DNA from: Eledone cirrhosa | Taxonomy: Eukaryota | Assembly: GCA_964016885.1 (NCBI GenBank) | Contig: OZ024752.1 | Location: forward strand, 45,508,001-45,572,000 | Direction of reading: 5' to 3' | DNA: 64,000 nucleotides | Shown here: positions 13,101 to 25,822 of the stretch, one piece after another | Position numbering within the stretch: the stretch's first letter is position 1 | Layout: the number at the start of each line of letters is the position of its first letter | Translations under genes and position numbers: made by a program | Notes under the pieces: model-generated | The model's input: the letters and a program-made list of their open reading frames with translations, nothing else | What the model was told of the DNA's origin: nothing | Databases searched by the model: none

Positions 13101-16100
13101 CATCATTTTACATGTTTTTTTCCATATTGGCATGCATTAGACAGACTCATGTTCTAAGACTCTGTATATGTATGATTATATATATATATATATATATATA
13201 TCTAGGGTGGGTAAAATTCCCAAGATCCATGGACGAGTTCTCTCCAGCGGTCTCTGTCCCTCATTATCGCTGCCATGTCCTGCGTCTCCAACAGACCTGT
13301 GTCTGTCCTTAGGATATCAACATATGTTAACCTCGGTCTTCCTCTTCCAGTGTTTCCATTAGCATTTAAACCAGCAGTACCTGGCTAGAATTCTCTCACT
13401 TCTTTCTGTTCAAACCGGACATAACTGGCTACTCATACTGACATTAAGGTATTGTTCTCAAAACATATCAAGATCTCGAAGATTCGATATGTGAGGTAAA
13501 GCCTTCACTGTGAAAATTCAATAGTATATATAGAGTAACGGGAATGCATTGTATTGAGGTTCTCCACTGCTCCATAGGTCTCAAACTTCTTAACCAGTTT
13601 TCTATATTGACTTTGGAGGGAGATTTGTCCGTTCCAAAAATTGCCTGAAATTGCTCCTGGACTTGTTTGTACAAGCCACACCTATAGTAGTGTTTCACAT
13701 AGAAAATCCGGTGCTGGAGCTGCTCCCGTTGAGGTCTTATTGTCTTCCCAGACGTTGTATCTGCCATGTCCTGAAGTTTACGGTTGAATGGGTCAGAAAA
13801 TAAATAAACAGTGACACAAAACGTGTGCAGGGTCAGTTTTGTTGTTTTTTTTTAGACACGCTGTATAACGTTTATGATTTTATTAGTTTAATTTCAAACT
13901 AAAGTGCTTCTCACAATTAAAAAAAACACTCAAAATATGTAACATTTTATTTTATTTCTAGTAAATGCTGCAATTCGACAAAAGACTCCTGTAAATCTAA
14001 ATGCAGGATCTAGTGCCATTCGTGTTGTGTCAGCATCATCACCCCAGATACTCACTCTTGGTCAAAAAGGAATCACAGTAAGTACATTTCTATTATATTT
14101 TAATTCATTTAACCCTTTTAGTACCAAACCACCAAAAAAAGACCACCCCTGTGGTTCTATGTTACAAAGCTGTTTTATTTTAAATTATTTATAGTTATCT
14201 AAAAACCCTTCCGTCATAACTTTATGTAAGAGCCATTGTTTTGTCCAAAACTCCAACTTAGTAACGAGGAGTGAACTATTTGACTAAATCTCTCCGAATT
14301 TTGGCAAAGTCTTTCATAAGAAATATTGTAAATGAAAAGGTTTAATGAATTCTTATATATGTAAACCTTTACATCATAAAGAAGAGAAAGTTAGCTCGGG
14401 GGAGCGTTTGAGGACTCTGCCCCCATGACCCTCTCAGAAATAAGTGTGCAAAGAAGATATTATTTTAACATGTTATTTTCAGACAACTGCTGGAGGTCAA
14501 ATGACCGGCATTGCTGCATTAGCTGCAGCTGCTGCAGCGACTCAGAAGATTCCAGGGACCACCAGTACAACCACCACACCTGTCTCTGGTATTAAAGTGG
14601 TTACACCATCTATTGTCACCTCGGGAATGAAGATGGCTAATGTCCAAGGAAAACAGATTGCTGGTAAGTCTGTGTCTCTGTGTGTGTGTGTGTGTGTGTG
14701 TGTGTAGACTCCTGGCTAGGTGGTTAGGGCATTCTATTCACAATTGTACGTCTGGCCGTTTGATTCCTATTGTAGGTGCATTGTGTCCTTGAGCAAGACT
14801 TTTTATTTCGCATGTGATTGTGAATGTATGAACGAGAAGTGCTGCTCTGACCTGACATGTCCAATTTCAGACCTTGTCAACACATTCAACTGATGCCAGT
14901 GTGGAAAATGGATTTAAAATAATGATGATGATGATGATGATGATGATGTTTGTGTGTAAGGTCTTGAGATCCCTTCTTAGACTGGGCAGTATATTGTGCC
15001 CTTGAGCAAGACACTTCAGTTTACTCAGTTGGAAAAAATTAGGTGTACCTTTAATTCAAAGGGTCAGCTTTGTTGCACAATGCTGTATTGAATCTCCCTG
15101 AGGACTACATTAAGGGTACACATGTCTGTGGAATGCTCTGATTAGCCTGATTGTGGGAGTTTAAAATCCTCTAAACGGAAAAGGATGAGTGTTGACGTTA
15201 AATACGGTGAAAGCTTCTATTATTTCTACCAAAATATTCTTTAACTCTTTAATGTTCAAGCCGGCCAGAATTCTCTACCTCTTTCTGTTGAAACTGGCTG
15301 TAACTGGTCACTCATACTGATGTTAAGGTATTGTTCTCAAAATAAAAACTTTCAAAATCTCATAGATTCAATATTATGTGAGATATTTATGCGAAGTAAA
15401 GCCTTTACCATGAAAATATAATAGTATATATAAAGTAATGTGAGATAATTATGTGAAGTAAAGCCTTTACCATGAAAATATAATAGTATATATAGAGTAA
15501 TGTGAGATAATTATGTGAAGTAAAGCCTTTACCATGAAAATATAATAGTATATATAGAGTAATGTGAGATAATTATGTGAAGTAAAGCCTTTACCATGAA
15601 AATATAATAGTATATATAGAGTAATGTGAGATAATTATGCGAGGTAAAGCCTTTACCATGAAAATATAATAGTGTATATAGAGTAATGTGAGATAATTAT
15701 GTGAGGTAAAGCCTTTACCATGAAAATATAATAGTGTATATAGAGTAATGTGAGATAATTATGTGAGGTAAAGCCTTTACCATGAAAATATAATAGTATA
15801 TATAGAGTAATGTGAGATAATTATGTGAAGTAAAGCCTTTACCATGAAAATATAATAGTATATATAGAGTAATGTGAGGTAATTATGTGAAGTAAAGCCT
15901 TTACCATGAAAATACAATAGTATATATAGAGTAATTGTTTCTACTATTGGCACAAGGCCAGAAAATTACCCAGTACATTACTGGTACTTTATTTTATCGA
16001 CCCCGTAAGGATGAAAGGCAAAGTTAACCTCGGCAGAGTAATGTGAGATAATTATGTGAGGTAAAGCCTTTACCATGAAAATATAATAGTATATATAGAG

Positions 16101-19100
16101 TAATGTGAGATAATTATGTGAAGTAAAGCCTTTACCATGAAAATATAATAGTATATATAGAGTAATGTGAGATAATTATGTGAAGTAAAGCCTTTACCAT
16201 GAAAATATAATAGTATATATAGAGTAATGTGAGATAATTATGTGAAGTAAAGCCTTTACCATGAAAATATAATAGTATATATAGAGTAATGTGAGATAAT
16301 TATGTGAAGTAAAGCCTTTACCATGAAAATATAATAGTGTATATAGAGTAATGTGAGGTAATTATGTGAAGTAAAGCCTTTACCATGAAAATATAATAGT
16401 GTATATAGAGTAATGTGAGATAATTATGTGAAGTAAAGCCTTTACCATGAAAATATAATAGTATATATAGAGTAATGTGAGATAATTATGTGAAGTAAAG
16501 CCTTTACCATGAAAATATAATAGTGTATATAGAGTAAAGTGAGATAATTATGTGAGGTAAAGCCTTTACCATGAAAATACAATAGTATATATAGAGTAAT
16601 GTGAGGTAATTATGTGAGGTAAAGCCTTTACCATGAAAATATAATAGTATATATAGAGTAATGTGAGATAATTATGTGAAGTAAAGCCTTTACCATGAAA
16701 ATATAATAGTGTATATAGAGTAATGTGATTGGTAAAGGGTTAAGTGTTTCTATAAAAATTCTTTTCTTATCTTTGTAGGCCAACTAATCCCTGGCACTCA
16801 GACAGTGCGAGTAGCTACTCCTGGTGCTACAGTATTAAAAGCCGGAGCTGGCATTGGTGCTGGTACAAAACAGATAATAACAGTACATAAAACAGGAACA
16901 GCATCAAGTCAGCCCCAGATTGTTACACTTGTAAAGACCACCCAAGGAATGACTGTTGCTACGGTAATTCACATGTTTAATTTATTTATTATTTTTTTTT
17001 TTTTTTTTTTTTTAGTGTATTTTTCTTTAACCCTTTGGCATTTAAACCAGATTCCATAAACATTTGAATTAAGTCATTTTTAGATGAGACAGTCTACTGT
17101 GTTTTGCAAGAGATGTCAACATGAATGGACCTGTTATTTCTATCTAAAGACATTTTTTCCAATTCCGCCCTGCCTGTCCCCTCAATCTATCTTATTACTC
17201 ATTCTTTCTCCTGATGAAGGACTAGAATCCGAAACGTTAAGACCCTCTTCCTGCTATATCAAACATTAACCTAATATATCCCTTCCATATACTGTACCGA
17301 TTGTGTTGTTATTTCTGTTTACCTTTTACATACTAGTAAAGATGTAGTTTAAGTCTTTATGTAATTTAGTTGGTTTTTCTTGTGTTTGTTTCAGACAAAA
17401 ACTCCGCTACCTCAAGGAGCCACAATAGTAAAATTAGTGACCACTCAAGCTGGAAGTGGTAAACCTACAACTATAATTACCAGCAGTAATCCTGGTGCTA
17501 CTCCATCTACAATTCTTGGCATTAGCAGTGTACAACCACAGGTGAACATTTCCACTTCACCTTTCTGACGAGTCATTTATGTTTCTATAAGCAAAATTCT
17601 ATCTATCTATCTCTTTATATATTATGCTATTTGTATTTATATTAACATATATGTTGGCATATATATATATATGAGGAGGTGCTGAAAGGTTCCTAGCTTT
17701 CGGTAAAAGAAAATACAGGAGTATCAGTTAATTATGATTTTATTCAACATATTCCCCTCTCAGATTCACACACTATTGCAGTGGCCCTTCAGTTTTTCTA
17801 AGCCCTGTAAAAAGAACTCGGAAGTTTGGGCCTCCAACCAGGCCTTTGCAGCAGTGATACAGCCAGGAACTTTTTAGCACCCCTGTATATATATATATTA
17901 TAAGTACAGATTAAAGTTAAGCGATTCTTTGCTTAAACTTTAATCTGTACTTATAATAAATATTTGCTCTACGGGTTTTTATATATATATATGTTTTATA
18001 TATATTTTTTCATTTTCATTTTTACGTCCGCTTTTCCCTGCTTGCAAGGGTGGGACGGGAACTGATTCTGGCTTGATTTCTACAGCTGGATGCCCTTCCT
18101 AACACCAACCTCATTTACAGTGAGTGCTGGGTGCTTTTTTGCTGTGGCACCTCCACGACCACTTTGCAGTGGAATGATAAGGATCCCAGTCCCTATCATC
18201 TCATTTCTATAGCTGAGTAAACTGGAGCAATGTGAAATAAAGTGTCTTGCTCAAGGAAACAACATATATATAATCCTTATGGAGCCCTCTTCATCTTTTA
18301 GTCTTCACATTTATTATTACTGTATATTATATGGCTGTATAAGTATATATGTATATTGACTGTAGTGTTTCTTCTTTCTAGACTTCCACAGCCAAATCTG
18401 TGAATACCATCATCAAGACAATACCAACCTCACTGATATCAATGGCTAAATCTGGTGGAGCCTTAACCAGTACAACTCCGGGCACAAAGACAATAGTTAT
18501 TGCTGCTCCTAAAGGTCAAGCTGGTAGTTTTGGTACCCCAACTAAGATTATCACTTCTGTGCCCAAGTTGAGTGGTGGAGGAAACACTCAGTTCATTGTC
18601 GTTAGTCCCCAGCCTGGTGGTGGGGCAGGAGGAGTTGTAGGTATGGAAACATTCTCTTATATACACACAGTTGTTGTTCCTATTACCGTATATATTTGGC
18701 AGCAGATTGGCAGAATCGGTAGAGCGTCGAACAACTTGTTTTGTGGCACAGAGTTACGGCTCTTTACATTCTGAGTTCAAATCCTGCCACGGTTAACTTT
18801 GCCTTTCATCCTTACGGGGTCGATAAAATAAAGTACCAGTAATGCACTGGGGTTATCCTGCCTTTAACACAACTAAAGAATTCTCTTGACTGTGTATGTT
18901 TTTTTTTATTTTAAATGTTTGATTGGTGCAGCTTCTACAGCTGTATGCCCTCCTTAACACCATGTATATATATATATTTATATATTTAATACAATAACAG
19001 AGATAGTTTAAAGCTAAACTCTGACTGGTAACGATCTCACTCAACAAACATTAGGTTATATTAAAATATAGACCCAATTTAAGTGTTTGGGGTGCTAACA

Positions 19101-22012
19101 AAATGTATAATGTGGAAAAACCAGTTGTATTATTTTATGAGATATAATTAAAGTTAAAGTATATCTCTCTTTCCAAACAATTGTTTCATTATAAGTTTTC
19201 TACAAGTTTGGGAGAATGTTTCCAGTTTATGTAGAAGCCTAATATATATTCATGTAAGAATATATTTAGGTGGGCACTTATAAATCGTCAGTGGAAGCCC
19301 ATTAAACATTGATATAAGAAAACAATTTCTTACCGCTGTCAAAAATCATGCCCGTAATTTATACATATTTGTTTTTCAGGAAGTAAACCCATCACATTGA
19401 CAGCTTCCCAGTTAGCCTCATCCCTTGCTTCTGGAGGTTCTACTGCACAGATTGTATCAGCTGGAGGATCATCAGCTTCAAAGCCTGTCGTAACCATTCT
19501 TACTACTTCAGGTAACCATCACACCATTTTACTTACTGGTTATAGGCCGTTCAGGTCGGGATCAGGATCGTAAGGGCAGGAGTTCAATTACTGGCGGTGT
19601 CTTGTCTCCTTAACCCTTTAACATTTAAACTGCCCATGTCCGCCCAGAATTCTCTCACCTCTTTCTGTTCAAACTGTCCATAACCGGCCGCTTATACTTA
19701 TGTTATGGTATTGTTCTCAAAATAAATGATATCAAAATCTCATAGATTCGATATTATGTGAGGTAAAGCCTTTACCGTAAAAATACCATAGTATATAGAG
19801 AGTAATATGAATGCTAATGGCTTGAACTTTAATCTCCAAATTATTTTTACTTTATATAATTTTTCCCTGTTTGTTATTTCAGCTCAGTCACTGACAACAT
19901 CCACCCTAGGTAATGTAATGACAGCTGCCACAAGTAAAGTTGGTACATCTATCCTTCCAACAGTTTCCAATCCTACTCCAACTATCTCCATAGTAGCTCA
20001 ACCAGCTCCCAATCAAACGACATCTCAGTTGCCATCAACCACAAATGTACAACTTTCTGTGACACCTTCAGTGAAGGCCCTCGCATCTCTCACTGGCAGT
20101 AGCACACAATCTTCTGCTACTCCAGTCCGCATCTCTATTCTCCCTTCTCCTCAGAATGCTTCATCATTGGTTAATCCAAGCTCGGCGGTGACACAGGTGG
20201 TTAGCGTCACACCTACGACGCCTGTGACCTCAGCTAAAGTAAATCTGCCACCATCTTCTAGTCCGGTTGAAAAGCTAAACATTTCCACGACCACGACATC
20301 AGCTGCAAGCGCAATCACGAAAGCTCATTGTCGACCAGTGACCACTGGAGTACAGAGTAGCCAGATAGGTACTTCGGGTGGCACCATAACCGTATTGCCA
20401 AATGCCACTATTGGTGCTGCCGCAAACGACCAGACTACGAAGATAACCATCCCTGCACTCCCTACTACGTCCGCCATAGCCATGGACACTTCGACATTTA
20501 AAAGTGTAAAAGTAGGTGAACAACGCGTTGTAAGTGGTCTTCCTGTGACCACATCAACATCAGCTGATCCCACCTTAACTAAGATCTTGTTTGAAGTTAC
20601 TAAGGCAAATTCTCAGAAAGAGGTGTCTGGCATCAAAAGTGAATCTCCGAATGAATCGGCTTCGGTAAAGAAGGAATCCTCCGAGGTTGATGGTGCTGTA
20701 AAAGGTATCGCTGTCGATACCAAACCAGAATTTCAAACTGCTGCCGCTACTAAACTGGAAACAGACAGCAAGGATGTGAAAGCTAAATTAATTGACGAAT
20801 TAGTGAAGCGCGAGAAAGAAGGTGGTTCTGGTGAAGCAATGGACACAACGGCAGCACCAAACAGCTCTGTTAATGGAGAGCTAGTGAAAGGTGCAACAGT
20901 TAGAATGACAGCTGCACCTGCAACAACTGCATTGCCACATTCCTCTACATCTGATCCAGCAGGTAGGTTTATGCCACTGTTTCGTTTGTCATTTACATTA
21001 GAAGTAGAAGCTTTCGCCGTATACTTTTACTAAAATGTTAGCCTGATAGTGGAGTTTAGACAGGCATGTCAAACATGTGGCCCACACAAAGGTTTTTACA
21101 GCGCGAGCATGTTTTATATTCGTAAAATGAAATATTAAAGATAAGTTGTAATCTGTGGCCCTTGAGGGACCCTCAGTTTGACATGCCTGCTCTAAGAAAT
21201 GGAAAAAGATGATTATCGATTTCCATTTCTCCAAGGGTTCTAAACTCCACTATCAGGCTAAAATTTCTTTAGTCAAAAAATACGGCGAAAGCTTCTATTT
21301 CTAATTTCAAACTCACTCGCTGTTTCAAAACAAACTTAATCGTCACATTCAAGTATCAACACATGGTCTCAGATGAAGTGACTTGTCCGACAAGTACAAC
21401 TGTGGATAAAATGTCTCTTGCACAGTGTAATTTTCTAAAATGTCAAATTGAAAATATTGTTTTGAATGTGTTGTGAGCGACGAAATAACTGGATTCTTCT
21501 TCTTCTTCCTCTTCTTTCTGTTGTAGATCCACTAGCAACACTTGCAACAGCTGCGGTGACAACTGCGGCAGCAGCTGCAGCTACCATAGTGAAGCAGGAG
21601 ACCTCTTCTGCACCTACTTCTGCAACAGGTACTGTTGCACCTACAACGCCAGTAGCAGTTGTAACACCAGTAGCGGCAACGGCCACCACCAATGGACTGC
21701 CAAACTCTGCCGATGCCACAGATTCAAAACAAGTTAGATACGTATTGAGAAATTATTATTTTTTTTTTTTTTTTCATATGAATTAGCTTCAAATATTCCC
21801 AGTGCGACTAAATGTATGTTTATTACCATCATCATCATCATCGCCGTTTACCGTCCACCTTCCACACTAGCATGGGTGAGACGGGCGATTCCAATAGAGG
21901 TAGGTTGGGTCAGGTGACCATGTCTTGCTCATATAGAACTGTTTCTGGCTGGATGTACTTCCTGATGCCAACCACATTTACAGTTCCTTCTATACAAACA
22001 TATTGTCTAAGT

Positions 22013-22057
<45 letters not shown>

Positions 22058-25000
22058 ATATATATATATCATCATCATCATCACCGTTTGCCTAATTTTT
22101 CATGCTTGCGTGGGATGACGGGTCGTCCACATAATGATAAAAGTCTGGCCAGTTGGCCGCGCCATACCTAACACCAACCACATTTAGTGTGGAACTGGGT
22201 GGCACTTCTATGAGGCGGGTCTAACCAGTTGGCTGCGCCATACTTTGCTCATAACAGGACCACGTTTAGGCTGCTCTGGGTTCAAATCCTACCAGGGTCG
22301 ACTTTGCCTTTCATCCTTTTAGTGTTGATAAAGTACTCAATAAGTGGTTGAGAGGGGTGATGGAAATGGGTGAGGAGGAAATGAAAATGAGGGGGGATGG
22401 TAAATGGGGGTGCAGACCATGGGACAAAATGGAGATGCCTGTTATAGGGTCCCGTAAAGTTAATCCCTGTTTTTGTTGGTAAAATGTCCTTGAAGTTCTT
22501 GTAATTCTTGTCTGTTGTTATAATTGAAGTAATAAATTCTTTTCTAATTTTGTTAGGGTATCAAGTCTGAGTCGGCTGTGAAGACTTCCGGCGTGGTCGT
22601 TAAGAAGGAAGCCAACCAGTGGTATGATGTTGGTATCATTAAAGGAACAACATGTCTTGTATCTCACTGTCACCTACCGTCAGAGACTAACCAGGGCAAT
22701 GGAGATGTAAGTATAGAGACATTCAAGCAGTTTATACAGGAAAATTACAATCATTAACAAACAATTGCTCTTTGATAGTCTAATATTTTGTATTTGTGTG
22801 TGTGTGTGTGTGTGTGTATGTTTATGTATGTGTAATGCATAAATACACACACACACGATATATTCCATTCCCTTCCTTCCCCTTAAAGTAGTTATCTCCT
22901 CTGCCAGTCTTAGTAATTTGAGGTCTGCTCTCACATCCTCTGCCCAGGTCATTCTTGGTCATCCTCTACTGCAACTGCAGCTTCCTTCCACTGGGATTTC
23001 CTGGCACTTCTTCACTCATCAGTCATTGTCCATGTGCATCACATGTCCGTACCAACGCAGCCTTCTCTCCTGCACACCATCTCGGATTCCCTCTTAAAAC
23101 CAATTCTCTCTCAGCCCGTCTCAAGCTCTGACTTTCTCTCACATCTACATTGCACATCCAACGAAACATGCTTGCTTCATTTCTCTCCAGTCTACACACA
23201 TCCTCTGCAGTCGCAGCCCATGTCTCACCACCATGTAGCATCACTGCCTCCACATGTCGTCTGCAGTCACAGCTCGCGTCTCACCACCATGTAGCATCAC
23301 TGCCTCCACATGTCCTCTGCAGTCACAGCTCGCGTCTCACCACCATGTAGCATCACTGCCTCCACATGTCCTCTGCAGTCACAGCTCGCGTCTCACCACC
23401 ATGTAGCATCACTGCCTCCACATGTCGTCTGCAGTCACAGCCCATGTCTCACCACCATGTAGCATCACTGCCTCCACATGTCGTCTGCAGTCACAGCCCA
23501 TGTCTCACCACCATGTAGCATCACTGCCTCCACATGTCCTCTGCAGTCACAGCCCATGTCTCACCACCATGTAGCATCACTGCCTCCGCATGTCGTCTGC
23601 AGTCACAGCCCATGTCTCACCACCATGTAGCATCACTGCCTCCACATGTCGTCTGCAGTCACAGCCCATGTTTCACTACCATGTAGCATCACTGTCTCCA
23701 CATGTCGTCTGCAGTCACAGCCCATGTTTCACTACCATGTAGCATCACTGCCTCCACATGTCGTCTGCAGTCACAGCCCATGTCTCACCACCATGTAGCA
23801 TCACTGCCTCCACATGTCCTTTGCAGTCACAGCCCATGTCTCACCACCATGTAGCATCACTGCCTCCACATGTCCTCTGCAGTCACAGCTCGCGTCTCAC
23901 CACCATGTAGCATCACTGCCTCCACATGTCGTCTGCAGTCACAGCCCATGTCTCACCACCATGTAGCATCACTGCCTTCACATGTCCTCTGCAGTCGCAG
24001 CCCATGTCTCACTACCATGTAGCATCACTGCCTCCACATGTCGTCTGCAGTCACAGCCCATGTCTCACCACCATGTAGCATCACTGCCTCCACATGTCCT
24101 CTGCAGTCACAGCCCACGTCTCACCACCATGTAGCATCACTGCCTCCACATGTCCTTTGCAGTCACAGCCCACGTCTCACCACCATGTAGCATCACTGCC
24201 TCTGCATGTCGTCCACATGTCACAGCCCATGTTTCACTACGATGTGTGTGGAAGATAATGGGTGTAAAATAATCTCTATTTATCTAGGACATTGATGTTG
24301 TCAGTATACCAGATCACAGTGTTTTAAAACGACAAGAACTCCTGCCTGGCACTGCTTATAAATTCCGAGTTGCTGGAATAAATGCTTGTGGCCGAGGTCC
24401 TTTCAGTGAAGTATCTGCTTTCAAAACTTGCCTACCTGGATTCCCAGGTGCACCATCAGCTATTAAAATCAGTAAGGTACGTATTCATTGCTCTCTATTC
24501 TCAAACCTCGTTTATACAATACACGTTTTTAGCTCGTTAACGCTTTCGTTACTATATTTATAATGAAAGACATTGCCTATGGTTTTAAATCATTTTGAAA
24601 ATTATCGAGTTTGGAGGGATTTCGTAATAAATATTTAACTTGCTCATTATTAAACTGGAGTTTGGAACATAACTTAACAAAGGTTCTCACATGAAAAAAT
24701 TATGATAGATTTTTTTTATAAATATTAACTGGATTGGGCAATGGGATAAGATGCTTCATTTTATGTTGCTTTTGATGACAGGACTATTAGCTTATTAACT
24801 ATTACATGGGTGGGAGCTGAAATTATCAGCCTTTTTATATATGTTTTTGTGATGAGAATAACAATTATTCTAATGGTTTTAAATTGTCTGTTTCAGAGTT
24901 CTGAAGGTGCCCATCTATCATGGGAGCCACCCCAGAATACAGCTGGTAAAATCACTGAATACTCTGTCTACCTTGCTGTGAGAAATGCAGCAGCTACCCA

Positions 25001-25740
25001 AGTGGACCAGAAGCCTGGTTCTCCAGCCCAGTTGGCATTTGTCCGAGTTTATTGTGGTCCGAGTCCTTCCTGTGTGGTCACTACAGCCAGCCTGGCTTCT
25101 GCTCATATTGACTACACTACCAAACCAGCAATTATATTCCGAATTGCTGCCAGAAATGAGAAAGGTTATGGTCCAGCGACGCAGGTCAGGTGGCTACAAG
25201 GTCAGTGTAGAAATAATTTCAATTGAATGCATGGGGGGGGGGGGGGGGTAAATCCCCTGGTCAGTTAGGATGTTCAGTTATTTTTAAAAAAGGGGGACAA
25301 TTTAGACAGGCAGTTTTTTTGTACAAATCTTTACTTTTCCTCTCTCTTCTTTGTAACTCCATCCAGATGCTGGCCAGAGTCCTGCTGCTGCTACTGCTGC
25401 TGCTAAGGTGACAATAAAGCGACCACTAACTGCTGGAGACATGTAAGTATTTGTAATTACTGTAAACTATTGTGTATATTATATAAACCATTGAGAGATA
25501 TGCTATTACGATTGTTTTGAAGTGAGCGAAGCTGTAGAAGAGTAGTAGTATGGAAATGTAGAGCCAGGTCTTCATATTTATTAACATATCAATGCTTCAT
25601 AGGATACTGGTCTACCTGATCCTAGATTTTACTTAGATAAGTACAACATATGTAGAGTGCTTAAGTCTGATTACACTATTATTTGTTGATTGCAATGATA
25701 AAATACAACATTGACAATCAACTAACATTGCTATTAAAAC

Positions 25741-25822
<82 letters not shown>

